Source: Reclinomonas americana ATCC 50394
Taxonomy: Eukaryota
Assembly: GCA_048213135.1 (NCBI GenBank)
Contig: PS015218.1
Span: 57,131-102,388, forward strand
Length of the DNA: 45,258 nt
Direction: 5' to 3'
The notes under the pieces are model-generated. The model was not told the origin of the DNA, ran no database searches, and saw only the letters and a program-made list of their open reading frames with translations. The position numbers and the translations under genes were made by a program. Positions 10,801 to 24,674 of this stretch are shown here, piece after piece (positions within the stretch are counted from its first letter, which is position 1; the number at the start of each line of letters is the position of its first letter).

Positions 10801-13800
10801 TGTAGCCTTGACGAACAGGTGCCAGCGGTCCCAGGCAAGACGCAACAGTGGATAGAGTGGCGACGATCTACACGGCACTTGACAGTGTGAGTGGAGGAGC
10901 ACTGGGGAAAAAACTCAGGGCACTGCCGCACCGAAACCAATACGGCACACGCTTGACTGATGTAGTTTTGCGATCGCGAGACACGGGGGGCGAGCGCATG
11001 CGCTCTTCGCCCAGCGAGTACGCTCGATGCACTGCAATTACCATCGGTGAGGGCACGCATACACGCTGTGTGGCCTTCCAATCGACTCACCAGCCAAGAG
11101 CACCAGTGGCCGCAGTTCCACGCGCAGTCGCTGGTGAACGGAAAAAGCTCGCTTCCAGTGCAACAGTGCACTCTTGGCGATGCGCACAAAGCGCCGCACC
11201 TGCAAGTCGATGCGTGGTGAGGCTAGCGGAAAAAAACGCAATGGCACTGTGGCAGCGCAACGATAATTGTACGACTTGCCACCCGATCGCGCCGTCGTTG
11301 CGCCACGAATCCGTGTCGCCACCGGCGGAAGGCTCTCCACACCAGACGCCGATGCCGCACCAGTGCACCCGCAGCAACAGCTCGCCGCTCCACTTGTCTC
11401 CACAGGTGTTGCTCTCGCCATCTGCACCGACTCGTCAGAAGAAGAAAGTAGGCGAATCCCACAGTGGATACTGACCTGTTAAGAGCACGTGCCAAGATGG
11501 CGTCGTGGTGCATCGCAAGGCAGCGAATTCCTCGAGCACTGACAGCACGCCGATCGGCCGTGTACTGGCGCCACTCGCGAAGGCATTGCGCAACACGAGA
11601 GCGATCAAACTGATTCAAAACTGTGCAAAGAAAAGAGAGAGAGACAAGTTGAGAAGACTGAGATGAATCACACGCGAGGGAGGAGATCTGCAAGCGCAAC
11701 TGTACACGGCCAGTCCACGCAGTGCCATGCGTCGCTCCGATGTGTCTCTCCACCGCCGGAACACAGTCGACAACAGCGCAGCACGACGATGGCGCGCAGC
11801 TCGCTGCGTGAGACTACAATGTACGCAGTTGCGTTTTGTTAGTTTTTTCTTCTTGACATGTGCTAACATGACTCATCCACTGTGACGCACTGGGTGAGGG
11901 TATCGAGCTCCGCCAGACGCCTATGCCACGTGGCGAACGACGACCGCAGCATGCGCAAGCGGCTCCACAAGACAGCGGCACGCTCGAGCTGTGTGGTACA
12001 CACGCCAAGTAAGCAACACCGACCGCACTCTCCTACTCACGACTGTCATGCGACACACGCTGACCTGCTGGTTGTGGGCGGCGTGTTGTCGTCGCCTCTT
12101 CCACAATCGAAAGGCACTCTCGAGCAGCACCTGCTGATGTCGGTTGCTGATCAGCACCATGCCGACAGCCAGAGTCGCCCGAGTGCGCCACAGCTCAAAG
12201 TGCCTGAACAGCGTGTCGCGGCGACGTTGCATCTCCGCCTGCAGGTCACGTGAGGCGAGTGGCCAGCAACACCAGAATAGTGCGCAGTGTGCAGCAAAAC
12301 GCAACATGACACGCCAGCACTCGCTGCCGATGCCGACGTGACCAGTGACGAAACACGTGCGAGAGCAAGTGCCGCCTCCGCAACTCGAGAGCCTGCCGCT
12401 TGTGGCCTTGTTGCCGATCAGCACTGCCGCCATGGCCACACAGTTTAAATAGGCTGCTCACCATGCCGGCGAGCATGGAAGAGGCGAAAAAACTCACCGA
12501 GACAGCTGGTATCGCCATCGTGCAAACCAACTGCGCAGTCGAATGTGCTCCACTGCGGGTGTGCACAGCGAGTCGATGCGCCGCTGCTCTCGTCGTCGAA
12601 TGCACACATGCATCCAACCGGCAAACACCTGCTGCACGAGGACGGCACGGTGGTGCTGCAGCGCCAGTGTGCGAGCTTTTCGACGACGCCCGGCGACTTC
12701 CGTGGCACGGCAAAAGGCGGCAAACACCTTGCGCAGTCGCACAATGGAAGCTCGGCGTGCACGAGATCGAAATGACACACGACTTCTCCAACTCGCTCGC
12801 ATACGCTCAAACACAAGACGCAGACGACACTTTGTGAAGGCGGTTACCAGCTGCGCACAGCGTTGTCGGTACACCAGTGCACTCTGCCATTGCAAGAGTG
12901 CCCGCGCTTGCCGACTGCATCTCTAGAGTCAGTGTCATCGCGCACTAGCAAAAATCAACAAGCATGCAGTACGCACTGATGCCGCGCCAAAGACTCCACT
13001 TCCCGACTGCGTTCTCGCAACCTCCTGGCTTCCTTCCACAGTGACCACAGTCGGCGTAGTCTCGAAATGACCAGCAAGCGCCCAAAGTCGCGACGATGCA
13101 GTCGTTTGCGCCAACCCTGTGCGTGCACCATTGCCAGTCAGTGGTCGCCACCAACGTTGCGGCACTCGACACACGCACCCAAAAGTACACGGCCAGCTGC
13201 AGAGTGCGTTGCCGGCGGCGCACAATGTATCTGTCCACCATTTCGCGTCTCCACACTCGAAACGATTTCCTGAGCAGTCCGCGTCGCCACTGAAAGAGAC
13301 GAACTCGTTCCTCCAGGTCCGCCGCCGTCGGCGACGGAGCTGTTGGTGGATGGCTGAGGCTGGCAGGATGGACAGATGACAGCGACATGAGCGAGTGCGA
13401 CGACGGCGCGCTGGCCGACGAGGCTGGAGTTGTCGACATGGACAAGGGCGACGGCGTGCGTGCCGCCATTGTTGCCACCGAGCTGCTTGAGGCGGTGGTG
13501 GTCGTGGTCGTAGTGGTGCTGGTGCTGGTGGCAGTAGCAGCAGCAGCGGTAGCAGCAGTGATCTGGGTGCCTCGGGCGAGTAGGTGCGAGTAGGGCGATA
13601 CGTAGTCAAACTTGCGCGGTGCAGCCGCAGTCGATGCCAACAACCGTGATTCGGAGCCAAGCAGAGGTGGCGGCGGCACTGACGGTTGTGCTGCTTCTGG
13701 TGGCGGCAACAGTGGTGGAGGCGATTGCACACCACGCACTGGCGATTCGTGTACCAGCAGGCGACCGGTGAGCGACGACGACGACGACGACAGCAATGCT

Positions 13801-14954
13801 GACGACGATGCCGACGACGCTGCAAAGTTGGATCTCGAGGCCGTCATTTGTGCTTCCAGCAGGCTGAGTTCGTGTTGGATTCGTTGCTCGAGGTTCCGCG
13901 ACAGTGTCGTCGCAGAGTGAGTATCCAAGTGGAACTGTGAGGTCGCCGACAATGGAGTCAGATCGGTGCCGTCGTCGTCGTCGTCGTCCTCTCCAAAGTG
14001 GCCGTCGGCTCTCGCCAGCGAGAAACGCGAAGAGCGCAGTGACTCCACGGTCGGTGGCACACTGCCGTGACTCCCAGAGCCCCCGTCGTCACGCCATCGA
14101 CCACTGCTGCTCCTGCTGCCACTGCTGCTACTCGTGTGGCTGTGATGACCAGTGGTGGACTCCAGACCCGAGGCCAACAACGCAGTGCGTGCCGTGGCAC
14201 CGAGAATTCTCTGCTGTTGACCGCTGCTGGAGACTGTGACGCGAGCGACAAACGTACCGTAAGTAGGAGCGATGCCGGTCTCTCTCTCTCTCTCTCTCTC
14301 TCGCAAGAAAGTGTAACTGTACGAGTCGCGAGAGTATGCCAGCGACATGCTTCTGCCACTGCTGCCAATGTCTCCTGTGGAGTTGAGGGCCGACATACTC
14401 AACGCAAGACTCTGCGTAGTACAGTCAACACCAATGAAAAGACCACATTCAGGAGAGTTGTCGAACCGAGTCTGGCATGATGGAGCCGGGCGGCGTGAAA
14501 GGCGTCGCCTGCAGTCCACCGGCTCGCAGTCGACTGGCGCGCAGGCGCTCTTGAGCATGAGGCGACGGCGTGATGATCACTCTGCGCACAGTGTCGACAC
14601 ACATATCGCATGAGAACAGCAGCAACACAGCGAGGGTGATCGATCACCACGCAACCTCTTCTCTGGCGACATGCTGAACGCAGACGGCGGCGACGCCAAC
14701 AACGATGCTATCGACGATGCCGACTGCGGCGGCGTCCGCACCACACGCACAATGTCCACACGCCGTCGTCGCTGCGGCGACAACGATGATCGCAACGACG
14801 ACAAGGACAAGCTCAGCTCGTCGTCGTCGACAGCAGCGTGATCATCGCCGTAATCGCCATCATCATCATCGTCGTCGTCGTCGTTGTCTCCCTCTGCGTG
14901 CGATTGGTGATGTGGCCGTCGGCGACGCCGCCTGGGATGACGGCGATCCAACAT
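7867..14954 (-). CDS. Large Sfi1-repeat (centrin-binding) protein; many exons, both ends approximate, 3' end runs into a gap
   Basis: Recurrent A-x7-LL-x3-F-x2-W(K/R)-like units across 9700-13300: ALQHHRAVLVQQVFAGW, ALELRRRHLLSHVFRHW, AARHRRAALLSTVFRRW, SNRHQQVLLESAFRLWK, RRGLLRKSFRVWR. Ser/Pro-rich low-complexity regions at both ends. Full exon structure not resolved. Confidence 0.7.
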
Positions 14955-15025
14955 CACCAAAAAACACGATTTTGGCGCCAACGGATGGATGATTGAGCAG
15001 GACGCGCTGTACTTCACCGACCGAC

Positions 15026-18000
15026 ATGCTGCTGCTGCTGCGGTGGTGGCCTCGTCGCAGCGGTCTACCACCAGGCGTACCACTGTCACCCACCACTGCA
15101 TCATCATCATCATGGTTCGCACCAGTGATGCGATCCTTCGCCAGTCGTGGTCGTCGTCGCCAGGCGTCGGCTGTGGCGGAGCAGGCGCCGGTGATGGTGG
15201 AGAAGCGCTTGTCGTCGGCCAATGGTACGTTGTCGTTCTTGACTGCCTGCGTGCGCTGCGGTAGAGAATGACTTTGACAATGCATTGTGCGCAGCTTCCG
15301 AGTTGGATGTGCTGCTTCGGCGCATGGATCGCAGTCGGAAGCTGCGACAGCAAGGTGCGTGTGTGTACGTGCGTATGTGTGGCGCTGAGTGCGTCTGCCG
15401 ACCAATGCGCGTTCTGTTTCCATTGGCAGCGCTGATGCAAGGCGTGGAACCGATCGTGTGGCAACGCAGTTTGCGCATGTTCCGCCAGTCGCTGCTGTCG
15501 CCGGCGACGAGCACCACCACCACAACTACCACAACGACGACTACAACAACGACGACGAATGCAATGACGGCGACGAGCACCCTGTTATCCATGTCGACAA
15601 CTGGCGCGGAAGCACCGTTGGGTGAGGACCGATTGCGTGCTTGTCGGTGTTTTCGTCACTCACCTCGTCATGCACGTGTGTGTCGTAGCGCCGCACGAGC
15701 TGTTTGCCACGTTCATGGAGTTCTCTCGTCGCAAGTTTGGCCGTTCGATCAGCGCATATCGCGCGTTGATGCAACACTCGGACATGCGTTCGCCGCAGGA
15801 TTGGTACGCGGCAGCGCGTCAACGGCGGCGACACTTTACTTTTCACGTTGCGTACGTGTGAACGGAAGGGGGGAGGAGGGTGGGGAGATCGACACTGGCT
15901 GACTCCGCCGGAGGCATCGATGCAGTGTGGTCCGACGAATTCCGGAAAGAGTCATCATGCGGTGGAGGCCATGATGGCGGCGTCCTCTGGTGAGTGAGTG
16001 AGTGATGAATTTTGGAAGGTGAATGATGTGCGCCTCATTCTTGGCGACAGGCGTGTTTCTGGCTCCGCTACGACTGCTGGCATTGGAGATCTATCGACGA
16101 CTGAATGAGCGAGGTGTTCCCTGTTCGCTGCTCACTGGTGAGTTGGTGCAAGTGTTACTCGTGGGCGCACCATGCGGCTTATTTTTTCGATTACCATCAG
16201 GGGAGGAGCGCATCGATGTGGCGGGTGCAAAGCACGTGGCCTGCACGGTGGAAATGGCGAAACTCGAGCAGCCCGTCGAGTTGCGTCGAGAGAGGGATCG
16301 CTGACGCATGGAGAGCTTGTTGCTGATGGTGGGGGTGGGCGATGCAGCTGTGCTGTGCTGGACGAGGTGCAAATGATGGAGGATCCTGAACGTGGCTGGG
16401 CGTGGACGAGAGCCATTCTCGGCTTGAATGCCCCCGAAATACACGTCTGTGGTGAACCGCGAGCGCTGCGTATGTTGCAGCACTTTGTGCGACACACTGG
16501 CGACAAACTGATCACAAAGGAGTACGAGCGGCTGACCTCGCTCGTGCCACAACGACAGAGCCTGGAGGGCGATTTCAAGAATATTCGCGAGGTAATTTGC
16601 TTGCTCTCTCATGTCTTTCGTACGTATGGAGCTAAACATCTTTCACTTTTACAACTCAGGGCGACTGCATTGTGGCGTTCTCGCGCAAGCAAATCTACAA
16701 GATCAAAAAGGCGGTGGAGCGTCTGACACCGTTCCGCTGCGCTGTGGTGTACGGCTCGCTGCCACCGGCCACACGCCGCGCACAGGCCAGTCTGTTCAAC
16801 GACCGCGAAGCGTCACATACCAGTGTGCTGGTGGCCTCCGATGCCATCTCCCACGGCCTCAATCTCAACATTCGCCGTGTGGTGTTCTTCTCGCTGGAAA
16901 AGTACAATGGCACCGAATACGTACCGCTGCCGGCACCTCTCATTCGCCAAATCGGCGGGCGAGCGGGGCGGTTTGGCTCGCGGTACCCGAATGGAGAAGT
17001 GGCGTGGTGCGTGGCGATGAGCAATTACGACGAGTGTGTGCGGTAGTCGCTGAGCTGTCGTGTCTGTGCAGTTTCCATGCCGACGATGTGCCGACCATGC
17101 TGGAGGCGTTTGCCACGCAGCCCGAATCGATTCGTGTGGCTGGCCTGCTACCCGAGTTTGAGCAGCTGTCCATGTTTACCAGCACGATTGACACGCAGAT
17201 GCCGTTCTCCAGAGTGCTGGTTCCGTAATTGATGTGGCAGCTCGTTGGATCCACATAACTACTCACGCACCCGCGCAGGACAAGTTTGCCGAGATGGCGC
17301 AGCTGGATCGCGGGCATTTTGTGTGCGACCTGCGAGATCAGAAGATCATTGCCGACTGCATCGAGCAGATTTCGCTGTCGTTGAACGAGAGGTACACTTT
17401 TTGTGTGGCTCCAGTGGACACGAGGGAGGCTTCGGCCTTGCAGCATCTTGTCAAGGTGCACTTGTGTAAGAGGGAAAGAGACGGCAGCTCGTGTCTTCTC
17501 ACCGTTCCTTTTTGCTGTGCGTTCTGTCAGTTTGCTCGGTATCACTCGCGTCGCGAGTCTGTGCCAGTGCCGACCGTCATGCTGCCGGCGGTCGGTCGGA
17601 CGCAGGAGGACTTGCGAGAGATGGAGTTTCGTGCATGGTGGACGACGTGCCGGCGTGCAGCAACAGCAGGCTGACACTTTTTCTGTGTGCAGACTCTATT
17701 ATCACGCGCTCGACCTGTACTGCTGGCTCAGCTACCGCTTCGAAGAGACCTTTCTCGGTCGCGACTTTGCCGTGGAGAAGCGAGAGGACACTGGCCGGCG
17801 CATTGCGCGCACACTTGACTGCATGACACGGGGCTCTACGCCACTGGAGGAAGACGACGATGAGGGAGACGAAGCCGATTATGACGACAACTATCTGGCG
17901 ACTGAAGATCGGCGCTCTCGTCGCACACGACAGCACGACCGCCGCGGTCGTCAATGGTCGCGTGCGGAGAACAATGACCACGACGAAGACGACGATGATG

Positions 18001-18122
18001 GTTCCATGGACGACGATGCTGACGAAGGCGAGCAAGTGGTGGAGACGCGAGAGCACATCCGCGGCAGCTCGTGGCACGCACCACGTGGTGGCAGCAAACG
18101 ACAGCATCGAGTGATGCGATAA
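15026..18122 (+). CDS. SUV3: Mitochondrial ATP-dependent RNA helicase SUV3 (13 exons)
   Basis: Arg-rich presequence ([13 protein letters not shown]...); [87 protein letters not shown]. Confidence 0.95.
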
Positions 18123-18316
18123 ACAGGCACGAGGANNNNNNNNNNNNNNNNNNNNNNNNNNNNNNNNNNNNNNNNNNNNNNNNNNNNNNNNNNNNNNNNN
18201 NNNNNNNNNNNNNNNNNNNNNNNNNNNNNNNNNNNNNNNNNNNNNNNNNNNNNNNNNNNNNNNNNNNNNNNNNNNNNNNNTGAGTTGTTTTCTGTTGTAT
18301 AATTTGGCACACCAGA

Positions 18317-18322
<6 letters not shown>

Positions 18323-18363
<41 letters not shown>
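18323..18363. repeat. (AG)n microsatellite
   Basis: About 20 uninterrupted AG units between the SUV3 and AP3S 3' ends. Similar (CA)n/(GA)n tracts fill many introns and often border the N gaps. Confidence 0.9.
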
Positions 18364-18367
<4 letters not shown>

Positions 18368-18403
18368 CACACACTCCGCACGCGCATCGCATACAGATAC
18401 GTA

Positions 18404-19504
18404 TTACTTCTTTTGTGCCGGTGGGCCAATCTTGGTGGTCGTCTTGACCGACTGCTGCTCCAGCTTGTTCATCCCATCAATGGCCAGCAAAATCTCCTGC
18501 GTCGACGTCTCCAGCACCATGCCACCCATGATGATCTCATCGAGTACATAGTGCACCTGCCGCCACGCATGCATCTGTGTGTGAACAACCCACACGAGCA
18601 GCACAGCACAGAGAGAGACACACAAACACCACCGACCTTGTCGCTGTGGAAGATCAAGTCCAGCTCGCACACATTCTCAAAGCACCTGTCCAGCGTCTCC
18701 ACAAACACCTGGATGAGATCGAGGATGCCGAGCTCGCTCTCTGTGTCGTCCACCACCACCACAAAGTACAGCGTGGCGTAATGCCTGACGCGCACACAAA
18801 TCGCAATCAGCTCCCTCCCATGTTACACACGANNNNNNNNNNNNNNNNNNNNNNNNNNNNNNNNNNNNNNNNNNNNNNNNNNNNNNNNNNNNNNNNNNNN
18901 NNNNNNNNNNNNNNNNNNNNNNNNNNNNNNNNNNNNNNNNNNNNNNNNNNNNNNNNNNNNNNNNNNNNNNNNNNNNNNNNNNNNNNNNNNNNNNNNNNNN
19001 NNNGAGAGAGAGAGAGAGAGACACTGTGCGCGAACCTGTAAATCACACGCGTGCCCTTGCCCCAGTGGTTGAGTCCCTCGAGGAAGTTGCAGACGCGATC
19101 GGAGCGCTTGCACACGAGGCCGAAGCATTCGCGCAGAATTTCTCGTTGTTGAGTGTGCTGCGCGAGAAGTCGACATGAGTGTGCGACGAGAGGAGAAGGA
19201 GGGCGAGAGGGGCCACGCAACTGGTGTGTTGTCGTAGAACTTGGTCAGACGGGCCTTGCCGTGATTGTTCTGTGATTGAGAGAGTGCTTGCGTGAGAGAA
19301 GGAATGAAGCACAATGCGTGTGTGCATGGAGGAGGCAGACACTCTCGTGTGCACGCGCGATGTGTGAGTGTGTGCGAGGAGTTGTTGAGAGTGCGCAGCG
19401 AGAGGAGGACATGGCGTAAGAATAGCACGCCCTCTTCTCCTTCTCACTCTTTACGTCTTGGCGAGAGTGCTGAACGCAACAAAGATGAGGATGGCGCGGA
19501 TCAT
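18404..19504 (-). CDS. AP3S: AP-3 complex subunit sigma (5 exons)
   Basis: MIRAILIF/NNHGKARLTKFYDNTP/HTQQREILRECFGLVCKRSDRVCNFLEG...VIYR/HYATLYFVVVVDDTESELGILDLIQVFVETLDRCFENVCELDLIFHSDK/VHYVLDEIIMGGMVLET. Confidence 0.95.
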
Positions 19505-19653
19505 GGCGTCGTCGTTGTTCTTCTGTTGTTGTGCGCTGTGGCTGACACGGGACTTTTTTCAATCACCGACGTTGCCTGTCTTCTTATTTAAGTTTCCTTC
19601 TTCCTCCTCCACTTATCACACACACTCCATGTTTTCTTCTCGATTTCTTCCCG

Positions 19654-21193
19654 TCAGCGGCCCCAGAAGAACATCATCACCCATTCGTACGTGACAAAGA
19701 CCATGGCGTGCAGTGGTAATGCTCGCAGCAGGGCCATGCCCAAGCCGCGGTGGAAGGCAGCTGACGATCGACAAAGAGTGAGTACGACTGGGGAGAACAA
19801 ACAACCAGCAGCAACACCCACACAACACTCACCAAAGCCGCCCTCCTGATACAACTGTAAAATAACAACACACCCGAGTTAATTCTCTCACCACACTTAC
19901 TTCCCCCGCCCCCGCTTCGCCCCACTCACATGTCGCGCACAGTCCACGATGCCTGTGAATTGACCGGGAAGAGCATTGCTCATGCGTGTCTTCAGCACAT
20001 CTATGTAGTACATCGGTGGCAGCCACTGGCTCACGCCAGCAATGCCACCGGCCAGTAATGTTCGAGGAACCGACAGGTGCTCCGACGGATCGGCGTCGGC
20101 GGGGCGCAGATAGCGCTTCGCCAGGTCATACGTCGGGTAGTAGAACTGTGACAGGGGAGAGAAGTGAGTGAGACAACTGGCTTGAAGATGCAAATGTGGC
20201 GACGCAACAGCCAACTGCATCGCCTCACGCAGGAATGTGGCCGACATGCCACGGAACAGACCGCCATACACGCCCTCTCTTCTTATGAGATCTAATGCGC
20301 AGGCGCCCGACCAACTGTAGGGCGAGTGACCGCCCGGCAACTCACGCGCTTGCATGACGATCTTGACGCGTTCCAGCACCTGCCGCAGAGGTGCTTGCGC
20401 TATACCTGAGAGAGCACCACAACACAGCAGCTCAGGGACGCTGAGCTGCGTGACATGCTCCGCCTCGGAGACGATGCGCACGGCCCAGCCGTACGACGCG
20501 AAACCCACGGCCTTGATGAGACCGTACCCTGGTGTATCACAACACACAACAGTCAGCTCGTGAGCGGGGACAGGTGGTAAGGAGAGAGTGTGTACGAGAC
20601 CGGCAATGGGTGATAGCAGGCCGCGGTAGAGTGACAGCGGTCCATCGGCACGAATCACACGTGCCAGAGCCTCTCGCTGCGCGTGTGCATGAGGTAAGCA
20701 ACGAGAAGCGAAAGGAGGATCTCCCAAGGGCACACTGACCGCAGCGAGTCCATGCGCGCCCCGATACGTCTGCAGTCGGGTCTTGAGTGCTGCAAGTAAA
20801 ATCGCGTCAGGTTCGGCAGCGTTCGACAGGGACAACAACAACAAAAAACACGCAACTATCAAGCGGATACACCACCGTCACAGCCGCCGCACCAGCTGCC
20901 CACACAGACGAGAGAGAGAAATGAGCACGCGCGCAAATATGAAACAGAGATGCGGTCGTCGCACCAACGCTGCCCGCCAATAGCTCCTCGACGACCTTGC
21001 TCAGCTGGAGATGCGCTGCGACGCCCACGGGTGTGCCAAACGATGGCTTGGGCGTCATGGTCACTGTTGCTGCTGCTGCTTGTGGTGGTGCTTGTGGTGG
21101 TGGTGATTGAGCAGCAGCAGCAGAAGAGGGTGATGATGATGATGTGGATGATGATGACGACGATGACGATGTGGATGACATGGTGAGCGTCAT
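19654..21193 (-). CDS. Mitochondrial carrier (SLC25) paralog 1, amino-acid/carnitine-ornithine carrier-like; 8 exons; Ser/Ala/Pro-rich N-terminal extension
   Basis: Three repeats: YPLDTLKTRLQ...LYRGLLSP; QVLERVKIVMQ...GLFRGMSATFLRE; YYIDVLKTRM...AFHRGLGMALLRALPLHA. Confidence 0.92.
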
Positions 21194-22133
21194 CGCCGTG
21201 CGTGTGTGCGCTACAGGTATTGCACAGCTGCTGCAAGGTGAAGCACAGCAGAGTGCACGTGCGCGCGTGCGTGTGAGGGAAGCAAGGCGATAAAGTCGGA
21301 CGCGCGTGGACAAAATCACGGAATCTTCGCCAGCCGACGGATACGGCAACTAAACTTGGGCAAAGCAGCAGCGCAGCAGCAACACGACGTGAAACAAGCT
21401 GTTGCCTTTGTGCGCACATGCGTTCTTGGAGCATTGCAATTGCAGTTGCCGATCGCTGCAGTATCGAATTCGAAAACAGGAACCAAATCGATCGATATCG
21501 CATGCACGGCGAGGTCGGCAGGTGCACCCTCGACGGCAAGGAGCAGCCAATGTGCGTGGCTATCTCTAGACCTCACCGGAGCCAACGCCGGCGCAAAATT
21601 ACGAACGTGATACAGAAACGGAATTCGAATAAATTCACTCTGTTTCTGAGTATGGAGAATCAGAAGCACCTGCTCGCACTGCGCCCTAGACACATTAAGA
21701 CGCAGCTCCTGTGCGCGATTCTCGCCACTGTATCCGGAGCGCACGGCGCGCATTGCATGCATGCATGTCCCATCGACGTCGCCGATATCACGTCGCCGAC
21801 GAATGCACACGCCTCATCGCACACACCCAGGCACACACACACACACACACACGCACGGAAGATCAGCAAAGAAGATACTCCCCGCGCCCGACAAAGCTTC
21901 CACAAGCGCACAACGAACGGGACAACTCTCCACAACACGAATTTTGCATTTTTCTNNNNNNNNNNNNNNNNNNNNNNATACGCAATAATTCTGCTCACGT
22001 TCAATTAGGGTACTCTCGCACGCCGTTGGGAGAACGGCGGCGAAGCGTGCACAGAAGTCATTTTTTAGAGATGTGACACGAGGATAGAAAGAGAGGAGAA
22101 GAAGAAGAAGAGGAAAGAGAATGAGTGAGCGGC

Positions 22134-23925
22134 TTACAGGCCCTTCTCCTTGATGTACTTGCGGGCCACATCCTCGATGCTGTCGATGACGTGCTCCACA
22201 TCGTGCGCCTGGATGCACAGCGGCGGCTGCAGGCGGAACACGTTGCCAGCTGGAAGAACACGCATGTGAGTGGACAATGAGAGACAGAGAGAGAATCACA
22301 ACACGCACCAGCAGAGCCGCGGCCGACGACGACGCCGTACTCGCGGAGGCGGGCGTGCATCTCGCGAGCGTTGCGGGTGCTGTCGTCAGGGGTCTTGCCG
22401 GCAATCTCCAGGCCCTGGAACAGACCACTGCCACGGACCTCCTTCAGCGCCTGCGGAATCTCTCCGCACAGCTTGCTGAGGCGCGAGGTGAACTGCTTGC
22501 CGCGGGCGGCGCAGTTCTCCAGCAGCTTCTCGTCGTCCATCACCTTGATGACGGCGCGGGCGGCGGCCGACGCCACCGGGTTGGCACCGTACGTGTTGAA
22601 CCACATCTTGTGCGCGAACGCGTCGGCAATGCTGCGGCGGCAGGCCAGAGCACCGATGATGCCCACGCCGTTACCCATGCCCTTGGCCATGGTCACCATG
22701 TCGGGCATCACATTGTTGTGCTTCATCTGGAAGCCCCAGAAGGTCTCGCCGCAGCGGTTGAAGCCAGTCTGCACCTCGTCGGCAATCGTCACACCACCGT
22801 GCTTGTTGGTCAGCTCAAAGGCGCTGCGCAGGTAGCCGTCGTGCAGCGGGAAGATGCCGCCGTAGCCTGAGGGTCGTCGGCATGTGTGAACAACAACAAC
22901 GAATATGCATTGGGAGGTGCGCACAACATAACCTTGCAGACTCTCGGCAATGAAACCGCCAATACGGCCGCCCGTCGCAAAGGTAATGTAGTTCTCGTAC
23001 GCCTTGATGTCGTTGGCCGGCAGGTACGCAATGCCGTTGAACATGTTGGCGTAGGCCGGCTGCGTGGACTTGCCAATGGCGGTAACACCAGCGGCGTAGC
23101 CCTGCAGGCCGTGGTACGCCTTGTGCAGCGAGACGAGCTCGTTGCGGCCGGTGTACACCTTGGCCATCTGAATGGCCAAATCGACGGCATCGGAGCCCGA
23201 GTTCACCAAGTGCACAACCTGCAAAAAATGCAGCGTCAGAGGCGAACGCAAGATAGAACATAGAAAGAGAGTGAACACAGCTCCGCACCCAATCCTCGCC
23301 ATCAGGGCGCTTCGGCAGCTTCTCCACCAGCTCGCGCGCCAGCTCCGCCGACTGTTGTGCAAGTGATGCAGCAGCCGCGCGAAATGCGAGTGAGTATCCT
23401 TTCACGGAATGCATGCATGCATGCAACACACAGAGAGAGAGACACACACACCTGCTCGTGGTAGTACATGGTGGTGCAATGCGCCAGCTCCTTCATCTGC
23501 TCAATGGCAGCGTTGATGACGCGCGGGTGGCAGTGACCCACACTGATGCAGAGATTCTGCCCGAGGAGGTCAATGTACTTTTTGCCCGACGAGTCCCACA
23601 TGTACCTGTGTGTGAGTGAGAGAGACAGTGAGTGTGTGTGAGAGCAAAGAGCGAGGGAGAGAGATGTGCGCTGGGCGCGAAACTGCATGCGGCCACGGGT
23701 GAGCACCAACGGCTTATCGTACGCCTCAAAGGTGAGCAGCGACGGCGACATGTAGTGTCGGCGCAGGTGCACTACACGGTCGTAGTCGACTGCGTGAGGG
23801 GGCGCCTCGTCGCCAAAGCCCGCCGCGAGCGAGTCAGTGGCCTTGGCCGCAAACGCACGCACTGCCGCCGAGGCGCGCAGTCCGCCACGCACGCTGGCGC
23901 TATGTTGCACAGCTCGGTGGATCAT
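22134..23925 (-). CDS. AGXT2: Mitochondrial class-III PLP aminotransferase, alanine-glyoxylate aminotransferase 2-like (6 exons)
   Basis: Presequence MIHRAVQHSASVRGGLRASAAVRAFAA; GRMQ/YMWDSSGKKYIDL, SVGHCHP, VNSGSDAVDLA, AYHG, IADEVQTGFNR, DMVTMAKGMGNG (PLP lysine), FNTYGANP, VRGSGLFQGLE, GNVFRLQPPLCI. Confidence 0.88.
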
Positions 23926-24674
23926 TCTCTCTTGTTGTGATGTGTTCTCTGCGCGCGCACGACGACGACGGGAGAGGTGAGGGAGGNNNNNNNNNNNNNN
24001 NNNNNNNNNNNNNNNNNNNNNNNNNNNNNNNNNNNNNNNNNNNNNNNNNNNNNNNNNNNNNNNNNNNNNNNNNNNNNNNNNNNNNNNNNNNNNNNNNNNN
24101 NNNNNNNNNNNNNNNNNNNNNNNNNNNNNNNNNNNNNNNNNNNNNNNNNNNNNNNNNNNNNNNNNNNNNNNNNNNNNNNNNNNNNNNNNNNNNNNNNNNN
24201 NNNNNNNNNNNNNNNNNNNNNNNNNNNNNNNNNNNNNNNNNNNNNNNNNNNNNNNNNNNNNNNNNNNNNNNNNNNNNNNNNNNNNNNNNNNNNNNNNNNN
24301 NNNNNNNNNNNNNNNNNNNNNNNNNNNNNNNNNNNNNNNNNNNNNNNNNNNNNNNNNNNNNNNNNNNNNNNNNNNNNNNNNNNNNNNNNNNNNNNNNNNN
24401 NNNNNNNNNNNNNNNNNNNNNNNNNNNNNNNNNNNNNNNNNNNNNNNNNNNNNNNNNNNNNNNNNNNNNNNNNNNNNNNNNNNNNNNNNNNNNNNNNNNN
24501 NNNNNNNNNNNNNNNNNNNNNNNNNNNNNNNNNNNNNNNNNNNNNNNNNNNNNNNNNNNNNNNNNNNNNNNNNNNNNNNNNNNNNNNNNNNNNNNNNNNN
24601 NNNNNNNNNNNNNNNNNNNNNNNNNNNNNNNNNNNNNNNNNNNNNNNNNNNNNNNNATACTTTAAAGATGTCTA

